Assembly: GCA_951406725.2 (NCBI GenBank)
Contig: OX597815.1
Location: 26,350,001 to 26,414,000 of the forward strand
Direction: 5' to 3'
Source of the DNA: Octopus vulgaris
Lineage: Eukaryota
Length of the DNA: 64,000 nucleotides
Positions 43,600-58,534 of the stretch are shown here, one piece after another. Position numbers and translations under genes: made by a program. Under the pieces are notes generated by a model, which saw only the letters and a program-made list of their open reading frames with translations, ran no database searches and was not told the origin of the DNA. Numbering within the stretch: position 1 is the first letter of the stretch; every line of letters starts with the position of its first letter.

Positions 43600-43646
43600 A
43601 AAACGGTCCGAAGAACGGGTACGTGAAACTGTGAGTAACAGGTTTT
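43600..43646 (+). ncRNA. Minimal hammerhead motif (U4C) inside an inverted-repeat element 43510-43665
   Basis: AAAACGGT-CCGAAGA-ACG GGTA CGT-GAAAC TGTGA GTA-ACAGGTTTT; 30-bp inverted repeat 43571-43600/43632-43661. Confidence 0.6.
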
Positions 43647-43661
43647 GTGATATTTTTGCTG

Positions 43662-43709
<48 letters not shown>

Positions 43710-44070
43710 AGCAGCCTTTCGTAATCCTGGAAAATCGTTTCTGCAATTTCTTGCCCAAAACTCTGCACAAATCGTATGCTTATTGTGAACAAATGCTTGT
43801 CCTGTACCCAACCTCACTCCTTCCGTCAAATCGACGATGTCTGAACAGTTGCACAGTATACGACATCTCACGTGTCGAAGGTATTGCATTGCAATGTGAG
43901 CTGAATTGTTGTGCTTTAGAACACAAGCACCACCCGATCCGGAAATTAAGACCACGATAGCGAGACCGTGGGTATAACACCCTAACCACTACGCTATGCG
44001 CCTTTATATATTAATATGAATACTAATATATATACATGTACACGTGAACACACACTTATGTGTTTGTATG

Positions 44071-44115
<45 letters not shown>

Positions 44116-44409
44116 CTTAAAATGGTATTATTTTTTTAAACAATGTTCGTGGCCTAAAGATTAGACAACTGGGCTTTCAGCCTGCGGTAAAGTCTCGGTT
44201 CGTAACATGCGTTTTGCCTTTGTACTTTACTTCACTTTGCTTCAGGCCACCTTATAAGCATCAAAATGGCTGACTGTTCGGTCATTGACAAATTAATGAT
44301 TTAAAGGTACTACTAAAAGTCTTCGGGCGTGAAGAGGGATACGCCCAGTTGTGCACTTGGCTATATCCTATCTTTCACACACAGACACACACACACATAC
44401 ATTATATGA

Positions 44410-44441
<32 letters not shown>

Positions 44442-46599
44442 TATACTTATACACACACACATATATATATGTATATATGTATATATACATACGCACACAC
44501 GTATGATCGTATATATGAATACACATAAATATTATATGCATGCATATAATCACATAAATGTGAGTATGTGTACTCTCATCAAATAGCAATATCAACTATG
44601 CTTGTAGCCGTAATTGAGATCTTTATATTCACTTTGTTCTTTTTCCAATAACACTCGTTATAATCTTCGCTCATAATCTCATAATATGAAGATTATAGAA
44701 ATCATGATTGCCCGATCACTCAAACCCTCGACATCATTATCTTCCCCGTCATCACCGTCATCATACGCTTCGTCATCATTACGACCATTGTAATTATTGT
44801 CATCATCATTAAAATCGTCATGATTCTCGTCAATGTCATTCGTCACCGTCATCCCCCTTGTCATCATCATCATCATCGTCGTCACCATTATAACCATCTC
44901 CTATGTTAACCTTATCCAAGATTATATTATACTCAGTCTAATCTTTATCGATTGTATAACAATTGAATCACTCATTCTAAATTAAACAGCCAACTGTATG
45001 ACTTCTATTGATTTCATCTTTGTTCTGCTCCGATAATAATCGATCTAAATGATAAATACCACAGCAGTTTTTATTGATTTTGTCATATCTGTGCTTATTA
45101 CTAACTTTCTATTCCGTTATATGCTCTTACTCTAAGCTACAAAACCACTACCAACCAGCCAACGCGACAGGTACCTTTTCACCAAATGTTCGCTACCACT
45201 AAGCAACATAACGAAACCTCTCTTTTTTACAGAGTGAACCAATTTAATTCATTGCAAATATAAATTAGAGAAATGTTTGCGTAGACCTTACTCCAAGACA
45301 TTACTGATACTTATTTTATCGGCTTCCAAGCTGATGAACGACACATTTAAACACGGGAAGATTTCAAAGTAGGACAATAAGGTGACACATTGGTTAAAGA
45401 AAAGCATAGATTTGTGCCTTAATTTCTTGGACGTCTTTCAAACTTTGTCTGCATCATTATTTATACTATCAGTTACAATGCAGTGTATATTCCTATCTAT
45501 ATATCGTGTGTATATCATAGAACCATCCTTAAAGGTCGGTGACGTTCATGAAAACCGGTACAGAAAGATCATGTTTAAATTATGATCAATGAATAAATCT
45601 CCAAGTATTCAACATATTGTCCACCTTAGTTTGGATTCGTCAAATCATAAAACTGAATGAACGAAATGACTGCAAATATTTAACTCACGAAGCCTCACAA
45701 CTTGCAAATTTTGCTTACTAATATTATATAGCGAGTTCAGTACTATATACCGTGTTAAAAACAGTTTCATAGATTAGTGTTACATCGTGTTCTTCTGAAA
45801 AACATTTTCCCCGTTAAACTGCTGGAAGCAGATGTATTTAATATGTATTGTCTTGTGGGAAAAAAAATGACAATAGTTGATCAAGATTTTCCTGTAAATA
45901 TTGACTATACGAGTAAATAAAAACGAAAGACGTGGTGTTTTTCATTGAAGAATGGAATGTTAGTCTTACTACCATTTAATATTACATAAATATCCTATAA
46001 CCAGTTTATTATGCATAAGCTAAGAACTCACACATAGAAACACATATATTCATACACACACACACACATACACACACACACATACACACATACATATATG
46101 TACGTGTGCGTGTGTGCGCGCGTGCGTAGAGGTGTATTTGTCGTGGATATAACTTTAAACTGCATCCGGTAGTGGGTCTGTGTTTCGAGAATTCTGGGGT
46201 TTTGATGACTGTAAAACCACATCATATCCACTATTGCTCCCAGGTCTACTCTGGCCCAGAATAGTAACAAATGTCAGGCTCCCAGCTGTGAGTTAGCTAG
46301 CATATGTGATGACAATGCATCTGAGCGCGGGGATGCAGAAATACCTTGGTTGGTGTTAGGGTGCACAGTAAATCCACTGAGAGTGAGGGCCCCCGAGCCG
46401 TTGTCACACCAACCTTCTAGGAGAGATAGATTCTCTGATGTAAAACCCGCGGTTTCACGTGATGCCTGGTCATCTCACACCGGCCTATATTTTGGCACTA
46501 ATTATGGAAACTCAAAGAGCCGTACACGTGGTGTACAAGTGTTTATCACAATAATTCAATGCCATACAAATGTTTTTCTATGGTAACCTTATTCGTCAT

Positions 46600-46835
46600 T
46601 CCATCTGCTGAAAATCCTATGGCGATGGAAAAGTGGTGATGTGTGCAGACCTAACCAGCCAGAAACGTTCATAAAGTTACAACTTTCGACTGTTACCTAT
46701 GCTCCAAACTCTGTAGATCTGAAACGGGGCTGCGTGGCCATTTAAGAGGTTATGGATGGAAAGCCAGAAATGCTATTTGCAACGAGGAAGCACAAAGAGA
46801 CAGCAATCATCTATAAAGATGGAGCAATCACCATG
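46600..46835 (+). mobile_element. RTE-clade LINE 3' end remnant
   Basis: FDCYLCSKLCRSETGLRGHLR matches the RTE terminal C..C.R.CRS.IGL.SH.R; tail hairpin catct ataa agatg. Confidence 0.6.
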
Positions 46836-46853
46836 TATATATGCATGTTTGTG

Positions 46854-46894
<41 letters not shown>

Positions 46895-49047
46895 AAGTGT
46901 GTGTACGTGCGTGTGTGTGTGTATTATGTACGCATGCGAGTGTGTTTAAGAAGCAATTGTTATTTCTCAACAAGCTTCAGGCTTTCTTTTTGTGCTTCTG
47001 ACCAAGAAGAGACTGCAAGTAGAGTCACTGATTAATTTTGGTTTCTAATTCTGCGCCGAAGTATTTCACACTCATTAATTAAGCGTACTATTAATTAAAT
47101 ATTGTCTTTACTTCAATGGTCCATGATTTTCTTCCACAATTGTTTGTCTTACTTGTTCTGACATCTTTAGTTGTAATTATTCTGATTTGAACATTTTATG
47201 AACATGTAGTCCAACGGTAATCCAACTACGACTTAAAAATTGTATTTTTTTTTCTTTTTTACTTTTTTGCCTTTTAGTATTTCTAAATAATTCACAAATA
47301 TCTTGAAATTATTTTTTGTATTTTCTTTCTAAACAAAGAGCTTTAGTAATTTGCTTCTAAATCTCTACAAAATACGTATAATGTAAACATTCAATTCAAT
47401 TTTTTTTTCAATTCAATTTTTATTGGCTCAAAAAGCAACAGCAAGGCCAAAAGCTTGGTTGATATCTATAAGCATCTAGTAAAGAAATATATATATGAAG
47501 TAAAGAAATAGATATCTATAAGCATCTATGCTCAGTAATTTAAAATTTAAATCTTCAATTTAAAAGAAGTACTTACAGATCATTAATGATTTACTGTTTA
47601 CTTTGTTCAGGGGAATGTTTGTAGCCTTACGTAAAATATTAAACCATATCAAGCGGTATTAGTCAGCTGTTAACTTGCCATTTTCAAATGAATAAATCTG
47701 ACGGCTAACTGACAAGAGTTGTTAGAAGGTCGGAGAGATTTCCCTTTGGTCTTCGTTCCGACTTTACGTTCCAAGCTCAACTCCTACCGATGAAAAGAAT
47801 GAATAGGATGAAAATATCGCTCTTCATCCTTTATGGTCGATTGAATTGTACCTAGCAGCATGAATGTTGGACTAGATACTTGGCAGTATTTGTTCTGGCT
47901 CTTTGCGCTCTGAGTTCAAATCCCGCCATGGCCTCTTTGAGTGGTACACTTAATCTGTTATCCAGCTTAATACTCTACCTTGGGTACCTTGAGCAGACCC
48001 CACTCTATTTTAAGTATACGGGCTAGTTTTCCGGTATAAGGATGGATACTTTAAATTTTGGCGACTCTGACTAAAAGCTAAAGAATTCAGTACTGAAGTG
48101 AAAAACAAAATATTTTGTTTCCTATTGATTAAGCAACGAGGACGGAGAGATGAAATGAATCGACTTCTATGTATCACTGATACGTATTTCACTGTCGATA
48201 TAAGAATGAATACCAGCGTGCCTATCCTGATAGAATTTGAGCCTAAAACCTTGAGAAATAAATCTAAAAGAGAAACTAAATATGATTTAGATGCAGTAAA
48301 GTATGGAGTTTTAAAAATATAGAATCAAAAGACAAAAAATTAAATATAAATTAAACAGTATATCAAAGATAATGCACAAAACATTAAAATAAATATACAC
48401 ATATACAAACCAACTCTCTTTCCCACTGTCTCTCTCTCTCTCACTCTAGCTCTCTCTTTCTCTCAATTACGCTCGCACATACACACACATACGCACACAC
48501 ACATAGACATACATACGCCTTGCGGATGTTGGTGTTAATATGTCGTCAGCAATAAATAACACAATGGTTTTAATATGTCGTTTACCCATAAATAAATTCA
48601 TTGTTCTTAATATGCCTTTATTCATAAATTCATTCAGTGAAGCTGTTTCGTTGTAGGAAAGACGCCTTGATGCAAAGTGGTTTGTTTATTCAAACAGTCT
48701 TTGCTCGGCTAAGGAAGACGACAAGAGTGAATAGTATTTAGAATCAAAACAGAGAGAGAGCAAGGGTGGTCTGTAGTTGTACACGCGTTAATATCACATG
48801 AAGTGATACGATGGAAGCTTGCTGTGCTCGAAACAGCGCTCCTTCACCTTGCACAAAATTGTCTGATTTGTGTGTATATAATAGTGTTAGCAGGTGTGTG
48901 GGAGAAGAATTTTCGAAAAAACGTGTACCCAGCATGTCTGAATAATAAATTGTTGTTTGCCAACTTTATTTTAATCAAGTGACACACACGTGCATACGTT
49001 TATATATACACGTTTACACAGATATATAATATATATATATATATCTC

Positions 49048-49243
49048 GTCATCATCGTTTAACGTCCGCTTTCCATGGTAGCATGGGTTGGACGATTTGA
49101 CTGAGGTCTGGCGAACCAGATGGCTACACCAGACTCCAATCTGATCTGGCAAAGTTTCTGCAGCTGGATGCCCTTCCTAACGCCAACCACTCCGAGAGTG
49201 TAGTGGCTGCTTTTACGTGCCACCGGCACGAGGGCCAGTTAGG
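49048..49243 (-). mobile_element. SINE 3' part with RTE-type tail
   Basis: Minus strand ggcgttaggaagggcatccagc...ccaacccatgctaccatggaaagcggacgttaaacgatgatga; tail-only copy at ~18100-18150 (+). Confidence 0.75.
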
Positions 49244-49244
49244 T

Positions 49245-49315
<71 letters not shown>

Positions 49316-49870
49316 CTGGGTGCGCATGAATGGATGTGTGCATGTGCGTGGGTATGTGTAAATATCGACGTTAAAGCCGGGTCAGTAATGCTCAAATAAC
49401 ACCTCACATTGAATCGAGGGTTTGGTCGAGCCATCGCAGAAAGCATCTACATGACCGCTTGACTGAACAGAAACAGCAACTAAATCTAAGTCAAAGATTA
49501 AAATTCATGTAGATTATATAAGAAAGAAACTTTCTAAAAAATAATATCGAACGACATTATTACCGTAGAAATTAAATAAATGCTGAATCAACCAGTTATC
49601 CCACCAAAATTTAATCATTAAGGACTTCAAAAACTCCTTTATATGAAGTGTATGTATGTGTATATCTACATGTGTGTGACTTTGTGTCTGTGTTTGTCCC
49701 TCACCACCGAATCACAACCGGTGTTTATTTATCCATTTATAAGTTAACGGTTCGGCAAAAGCGACGGATAAATAAGTATCATGCTGAAAAGTAAGTACAG
49801 CGGCCGAATTGTTCGACTAAAACCTTCAAGGCCGTACCCCGGCATGACTGCAGTCCACAGGCGCCGTATC

Positions 49871-49914
49871 TGCCAGATTACCTGAATTCGACTTATTGTG
49901 TCTCATCAGTGACA
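49871..49914 (-). ncRNA. Type I hammerhead motif lacking one A of GAAA
   Basis: Minus strand TGTCA-CTGATGA-GAC ACAATAA GTC-GAA[-]TT CAGGT AA TC-TGGCA. Confidence 0.55.
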
Positions 49915-49954
49915 AGCAGCAGTCATGGGCACACCAAGCAAATCTCACTGCCAA

Positions 49955-50099
<145 letters not shown>

Positions 50100-50181
50100 C
50101 ATACATGTATATATATATATATACATGTATGTATATATATATATATGCATATAAATATATATATATATATATACATGTATG

Positions 50182-50229
<48 letters not shown>

Positions 50230-50242
50230 AATAAATAAATGA

Positions 50243-50305
<63 letters not shown>

Positions 50306-50553
50306 CATGTATATATATGCTCGCACACACATACATGCATCTGTGTACGTGTACGTGTGCGTAAATTTTTAGAATTTGATAATGAAAATCAAACAGCAAC
50401 ATATATCTAAAATTTCTAATTTATTAATGTTTATAAATATACTTTATTTATTAACAAATATTTAAGAACTACAAAAATACATTTCACTATGATATTACAT
50501 TCGTTGACCAAATATTACTAATATTCTCTCACTTCCTCTTTTTACTCGATCAG

Positions 50554-50643
<90 letters not shown>

Positions 50644-50709
50644 ACTTTATTGATATTGGGTTTGCATTTCCTGTTTTTAACTATTCATTCTAGTGAAAAC
50701 AAACACATC

Positions 50710-50751
<42 letters not shown>

Positions 50752-51050
50752 CATGCACACACTCACATACATATAATATAGACCCTCGTTCACACACACA
50801 TATAATTACGTATGGTTATCTGCGTACGTGTGTGAAATATGAGAAGGAAGGCGACCTGGTATGATTACTCGACCTGTCGGAAATAGCATACAAATCTCCC
50901 TCAGACCCCAACTGACAATCATATCGGGGGGAAAAAAAGAAGCATTAGGTTTACTATATCAGAGACTAAAGCGGGTTGGTCCAGACTAGGACGAATCTTA
51001 GAGTAGGTTTGTATCATCCGAGCCTAAAAGTGCACACACTCCCACACTCT

Positions 51051-51128
<78 letters not shown>

Positions 51129-51159
51129 AACACGCGCACACACATACACACATATATAT

Positions 51160-51378
51160 TTTGTTTTTGTGTTTGTTTGTCTCCCACCACCGCTTGACAG
51201 CCGGTGATGGTTTGTTTACGTCGCCATAACCTAGCAAATCACCAACATAAAAGTAACAGTAACAGACTTAAGAAATAAGTCCTGGGGTCCAATTCTTCGA
51301 CGAAACCCTTCAAGGCCGTGCTCCAATATGGCTGCAATCTATAGACTGAAACAAGTAAAAGATAAAAGAGACAAAAGA
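51160..51378 (+). mobile_element. Composite SINE 3' half (also ~49680-49858)
   Basis: caccaccgcttgacagccggtg...aagtcctggggtc...ggccgtgctccaatatggctgcaatctatagactgaaacaagtaaaaga. Confidence 0.75.
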
Positions 51379-51552
51379 CATACATTCACAGACACATACA
51401 TACATACATATACGCACGCACACAAATACACATACATACATACATACATACATACATACATGCATGCATACATACAGACACACATACATACATACACACA
51501 TACATACATGCATGCATACATACATACATACATACATACATACATACATACA

Positions 51553-51586
<34 letters not shown>

Positions 51587-51626
51587 AATACATGCATACA
51601 TACACACATTCATACACACACATGAA

Positions 51627-51855
51627 GGTGGCAAGCTGGCAGAAACGTTAGCACGCTGGGCGAATGCGAAGCCATAATTCGTCTGCCGTTACGTTCTGAG
51701 TTCAAATTCCGCCGAGGTTGACTTTGCCTTTCATCCTCTCGGGGTCGATAAATTAAGTACCAGTTACGCACTGGGGTCGATGTAATCGACTTAATCCTTT
51801 TGTCTGTCATTGTTTGTCCCCTCTGTGTTTAGCCCCTTGTGGGTAGTAAAGAAAT
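51627..51855 (+). mobile_element. Full-length short tRNA-derived SINE with probable 15-bp TSD
   Basis: B box gagttcaaattcc and central ttcatcctctcggggtcgataaattaagtaccag. TTCATACACACACAT occurs at 51609-23 and 51859-73. Confidence 0.85.
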
Positions 51856-52490
51856 ACTTTCATACACACACATACATACACACACACACATATATATACA
51901 CACACATATATATATGCACATGCACAGACACACAAATACATGTGTATGTGTGGCTGTTTGGGGTGGGTGTTTAAAGGTTCTATGAAATATGATCTACATT
52001 ATGGATCTTAACGAAAACCGATGTATTAAGTTGTTTTAGGCCCTCATCTGAGAAAGCAATCCAATCCTTTCATTAGTTGTAATGTTTTGAAAGGAATTAG
52101 AAACACACAAAATCTTTTTGAAGTCTACATCTTAGAGAAGGTAGACAACACACACATTTCCCCCGCTTACACGCTTACACAGACGCATAGACAGAGGCAT
52201 GCATATTCGCAAACACAACAACAAAATACATATACACTCATACGCATACAAGTGTACACTACTAACACCTCTCGATAAACGAGCACGTCTCACGCGCACA
52301 CTCAAATACATACACAAATACATACGAACACACGTGCGCACACACACACACACACACACACATACACTCACGCACACATACACTCACGCTCACAGACATG
52401 GTTGACGAGATGACAACAAAAATATCAAATGCAGTATAGATATTAAAATAAATATAGAGAGAGAATTCGCGTGGACATAATCATATTTCT

Positions 52491-52584
<94 letters not shown>

Positions 52585-53493
52585 TGTGTGTCTACTCACA
52601 GATGTTGTCTTCTTCAGCAGGCCACAGAATAAAGAACAGTGTTCTAAGTATATTTGTTTATGTAGCCTCGTAACTAACGCAAAGCAAACTGAGGTATATT
52701 ATGAACTAAGCCGAAATGTCGAGAAATTCAAATACGGATTTATGGGTGTAAAAGTCTTTACATCAAAGTGCTCTACTTATTCTGGAATTAATAATTAAAC
52801 AACAAATCGGAGTTTAGAAGAATATATATTTTTCAAATACAAGAGTTGTTTTCACTGCAAAGTTTACCAAAGGGCTTGATAGAAGAGTCTAGAGCAATGG
52901 TATAATAAAGTATCATTTAGCAAACGGCATAGTAACAGAAAAGCCACCAAGGTATACATATTGATTTCAAATTTTACAGGAGGGAATAAGTCGATTAACT
53001 CGACCTTCAGTGTTCAACTGGTGCATATTTTATGGTACTTATTTTAGACAAAATCTACATGTATAAATATAAACACACACATGTGTATATATGTGTTTAC
53101 GTGTGTGTGTATGTGTGTGTGTGTGCGTATGTGTGTGTAACTGTCAGAAACACGTTATGTCCGGGAAAAGATATTTTGTTATATTGTTAGGCAATATTTT
53201 TCTAGTGTTTCCTTCTTCACAAATAGCATCGAAATACATTCTTGAACTTTGAGAAATAATTATTGCTATTGTTATACACATAGAAACAAACATATGTACA
53301 CAGAAGTACACGCTTAGATACACACTCACTCACGCAAACACGCATTCATATATATGTATGTGTGTGTTCAGTTTCCGATGAACATTTGAATTCAGTGAAA
53401 GCAGCTTGTTAGTTGAAATCAATAAACCTATCTAATATAATTACTTTCTCAGTCTTATGCCTATCTCGATGTGTGTGTGTGTGTGTGTGTATA

Positions 53494-54768
53494 CAAAGGA
53501 CGACTGAAAAGTTCAGACTGACCAAGATACCCTCATGTGACCAAATGAGGTTTATTTTCAGCATAGACTCCTTTACGGTCCACAAACATTTCCCATCTGT
53601 GTTGCAGTGCTTGGCTCTCATTGGTGAGAAAGCTTTCATCCTATTCGACAAAGAAGACGACAACACCAGTTATGACGTCATCGCCATTGCAATACTGCTT
53701 CCCTGTCAGATGGGGCTAAATCAGGAGAATCGGAAGGGGATCAACTATTTCAAAGCTACTGTCACGCGCAGCAGCCATTGAAACAAAGGACTTGTGCTCT
53801 GGAGCATTGTCTAGGTGAAAGAACACTTTCATTAGTTTTCTAAGGTGTTTGGCTTTGAGAGTCTTTCGTAACTGCCTTAGTAATTTGAAAATAATACTCC
53901 TCGTTAATGGTGTGGCCATTTCGAAGAAAGTTAATAAACACAATGTATTTTTGCATCCCAAAAAGCGCAGGCTATCACCTTCTCTGCAGGTGAAGCTACC
54001 TTGACCTTCTTCGGAGCAGGTGAAGGGAGGTGTTTCCACTGCATGGATTTTCTCTTTGTCCCTAGCTCAAATTGATGGAACTAGCACTTATCTTGGGTTG
54101 CGAAACGTTCGAGGAAGCCAGCTGGATCTGCTTCAAACAATGTCAGATTTTCTCGTGATCTGATCAGCCTGGTGCAATTTTGATCAAGTGTTAGAAGACG
54201 TGGTACCCACCAAGCAGAAATGTTTGTCGTGCCAAGTTCATTGAGCAGAATATTCTCAACTCTCTCACGGCATATGTTAATAGCATTGGCTATTTGACTT
54301 ATAACAAATTACTTGTCATCTATAACCATGTGGTGAACACAACCAACGTTTTCTTCGACGGTAACAGTTGCAGGAGGTCCAGACCTTGAGTCGTTTTCAA
54401 GATTCTCCCTTCTCTTAAATTCAGCTGATGATGCTTCAGTTTTATCAACACTGCAAAATCACTTTTGCAGTGTTGATAAAACTGGAGCATCATCCCATAC
54501 TGTAGTAACCATGGCAGCGTGAATGTTCTTGGAGACAAAACCCTTTTGCTTCAGGTACCTGATAACACTACGATGCCATATTTTGTCCCTTTTCAAGAGG
54601 AGTCATTACTAGCTACTTTTGAAGTCTTTGAACAGTCAGATGTCTGTTTAGCGGGAAAGAAACAATGCTGGTATTCATAAGTAGAGTTTGAAATTGATGA
54701 ATGCAAGATTTCACAACTCTAGCATCTCTCCTTCTTAGTTAGCCTATGAACGTTTCAGGTCATCCTCT
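53494..54768 (-). mobile_element. mariner DNA transposon (irritans/Himar1-like), decayed
   Basis: TA-flanked TIRs (ctgaaaagttca..ctgac / ttagcctatgaacgtttcag). Motifs WVPRLLT, VFFHLDNAPEHKS..SMAAARDSSFEIVD..P..APSD and a C-terminal RW..FV..KG.Y.E. A solo TIR lies at ~54951-54976. Confidence 0.88.
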
Positions 54769-54794
54769 TATACATATATATATGTATATGTATA

Positions 54795-54853
<59 letters not shown>

Positions 54854-54923
54854 AAATAGATGTGAGATATGTAGGGATATTGAAGTTGTAAATCCTTTGG
54901 GTCTCAATGACACCATTACCTCT

Positions 54924-54955
<32 letters not shown>

Positions 54956-55846
54956 CTGAAAAGTTCATAAGTTGACTATGTGTGTGAGCGTATTTGTGTG
55001 CATGCATGTGCATACGTGTGTAAATATATATATATTTATATATAACATATACTTGAATATACATATGTAAATGCATACCTACATATATGCATATGTGCAT
55101 ACATATACATATATACATATATGCAGATTTCTATGATTGTATGTGTGTATGTCCATATATCCATACATACACACACACAAACAGAAACACAGACACACAC
55201 ACACACACACATACACGCACGCACTAACACACAAACCTACACTCACTCACACACACACACACAAATGTATGTGAAATTGGTTACGTGTAACTTAGAAGTT
55301 TTTTGTAATTACTAGGTTAAGCTCTAGGACACTGCGGTGCATATTTTATTACAAGCGACAGCTTACCATTTTCAATTAAAACATAATGTCAAAACATAAA
55401 CCTTTCTCAGTCGTAAACGAGACTTTTCAGTTTTAAAAAGCAATCAGCTGTTGTAGTAATTAATGCACAAAGTATCAAGATTGTTCGATTCTCGCTGCAA
55501 ATCTTTGCACTAGGACGTTACACTAGACACTTTATCCTATACACCAGACTATAAGTTGGCTTAACTCTGCATGGTTGCTAAAAGTAATATCATGTTACGT
55601 ATTCGCAGCCATTTTGCAATGGGTCGTCAAGTTTAGCATAGTTCTCTCTTTGTTTCAGTCGTTTGCTAGATTTTCTTTTTGCTTTTCTGTGTATCTTTCC
55701 TTTTTACGACTTTTGCCTGAGGTAAACTTTGATTATGGGCCGACGGAATTATCAGCTTTCGAGCTTATAAATAAATTATACTTCATGTATTCAGTACTTT
55801 GTTGTACACTGGTTTGTACATTTGTGTGGATGTGTGTAGCTAGATA

Positions 55847-55893
<47 letters not shown>

Positions 55894-55918
55894 CATACAT
55901 ATATATATATATATACAT

Positions 55919-56006
<88 letters not shown>

Positions 56007-56970
56007 ATGCACACAAAATTCAAAGTATGCATTTTAACAAATATAGTATTTGAGTTTCATCATGGGCAGAATAGTTGATGCCCATCTTGAAGTTTTTCTA
56101 ACAAAGAATATCCATCTTCTTTTTGCGAAGTAATTAGTAGCTTATAGGTAATGTATAGAAACTAAGATAAATCGGCTCAACTGATCGGACTAATTTGTGC
56201 AACAGTACATGTATTGGCACTATAGATTTATTATTTCATAAGGCATTGCATTGTATTTTTCTTTTCTTTTCTTTCTTTCTTTCTTTTTTTTTGTTTGGTT
56301 AACTTTAAAAACATGGCATACATTTTAATAAGCATAAAATTTAATCTATAGCTGTGTTATAACCGATTTGTTTACTTCTCAATTAAAACTAACCCGAAAC
56401 ATTATGGCGATCACTTTGAATAAATTAATTAAACAACGTTGTCAGCCAATGCACTATTATGCAAATCAGATAAACCGTTTTAACGGAGTTCTGTTTCAAT
56501 ACACTATAAGTAGTTGTAAGCTATCACCACTCCGGTGACAGATGCTGAATATTCTTACTCTGTTAGAACGATTTTAGGTTTTCTGTCAACAGAGAGATAA
56601 ACCCTGTAGTATAGCCATTATATTTACTTTTCACTGCAAGACTAAACTTTTAGGTTTATCAAAAGGTATACCTTACATTTTAAATTTCCCCAAAACGTTG
56701 TATAGTGCACTATAAATAAATATCTGTGCGTGTTTATGTATATGTTGTGAATGCGCGTGTAAACAAACAAAACTAAAATAGCATTAAAAATTAATCTACA
56801 TATTAAAAAAAAACTGCTATAACGTCACCACATGCCTTTTAATATCTATTCAGTCGTGTATCCCGTTAACAATCACATTTGGCTTCTTTGAATATTTGAT
56901 GCTTACATTTTTAAAGCCAACCACACTGATATCCGTTTCTATTTTATTTATCTATTTATTACTATTATTA

Positions 56971-57037
<67 letters not shown>

Positions 57038-57052
57038 CATCATCATCATCAC

Positions 57053-57153
<101 letters not shown>

Positions 57154-57907
57154 CGTTATTTCATTGCGAGTAGTAGTAGTAGCAGCAGCAGCAGCAGTAA
57201 TGCTTGTCATTGGGATGGTGGTAATGGCGGTGTCGCTCCTGATGGTAGTAGTAGTAGTAGTAAATTTAGACGAAGTATTTTATTGTTAGTTTGTTGTTTT
57301 AGATATTTATTTTTAGGGGTTATTGAAGTTAGTGGTGGGGGAAATGGCGGCGTGAGAGAACATGTTTCGCATGAAAAATCTTTTCCTGCTATAACTTATT
57401 TATTTATTTATTCCTTTTCTATGCGTTGGGTTATTTCCAAATCTGGGCCATATAGAATTCTTCTCTTTTTACCAAGTTGTGTAAGATCTACTATAGATTT
57501 ATTTCACTCGAAAAATAGTAAAGGACATAACTGCGTTAGAAAAATGCTGCAGGTCGCAGTTGTTTTGCATTTGTTTTACAAATAAAAATGTATAACCTAA
57601 AGTTATACAATTTTTATTTGTTCAGCGACAAGATGATTGCAACTCGTATCGTTTTAAACAACATATGGAATGCTATTACAATCCATGGTCTTTCTTATGA
57701 GCACATTTGTACCAGAATAAAAGTAATGAAGTGACAAATATTCTGCCGTGCACCGTATAGCGTGTAAGTTGTTTATATAAATATATATATATGAGATGAT
57801 GTTGTAATAGAAATTTTGGAGTAAAACCCCCAGTTAAAAGGATAGTGTGTGTTCAGCAACGCAAAATTAAGAATTATGGTTAGAATTCTATTGAAAAACT
57901 TCCTGCG

Positions 57908-58131
57908 TTGAGCTGGCAGAAACGTTAGCATGCCAGGTGAAATACTTAGGGGTATTTCGTCTGCCGCTACGTTCTGAGTTCAAATTCTGCCGAGGTCGAC
58001 TTTACCTTTCATCCTTTCGAGGTCGATTAAATAAGTACCAGTTACGCACTGGGGTCGATATAACCGACTTATTCCGTTTGTCTGTCCTTGATTGTCCCCT
58101 CTATGTTTAACCCGTTGTGGGCAATAAAGAC
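57908..58131 (+). mobile_element. Short tRNA-derived SINE
   Basis: Closely matches 51627-51855. Confidence 0.85.
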
Positions 58132-58534
58132 TATATATATATATGAGTACAACTAGATATGGAACTCAAATTGCAAGTCACCATACAAGAAGGATTTTTC
58201 TTGCAACTTATGTTGCCCCATAATGTTTATAATTCAGCAGCTGTAAAGCGTTCTACCACAAAACGATTGGACACGTAGTATAATCGTTGACACAAGAAAT
58301 AATGTTTTGTGAAGAAAACAGGAAATATGAAGAACAAAAGCCTAATCAGTCAGAGCATCGCTTTGAATGTATCAAACACGAAATCAACAGAATATGAAAT
58401 ATATTTTACATAATCACTCATTGGTGAACATGTCGGCGGTGATTTAATAAGATATCGTATTTTAAAAACACGCCGAACACACACACATACGCACATACAG
58501 AAAACACACACACATACACATACAGACATGATAT

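Noticed and set aside
44720-44895. Acidic Asp-rich ORF on the minus strand
   Set aside because: It is a degenerate (TCA)n microsatellite.
56444-56475. CCAAT, octamer ATGCAAAT and GATA motif cluster
   Set aside because: Short motifs are expected by chance in AT-rich DNA, and there is no independent support.
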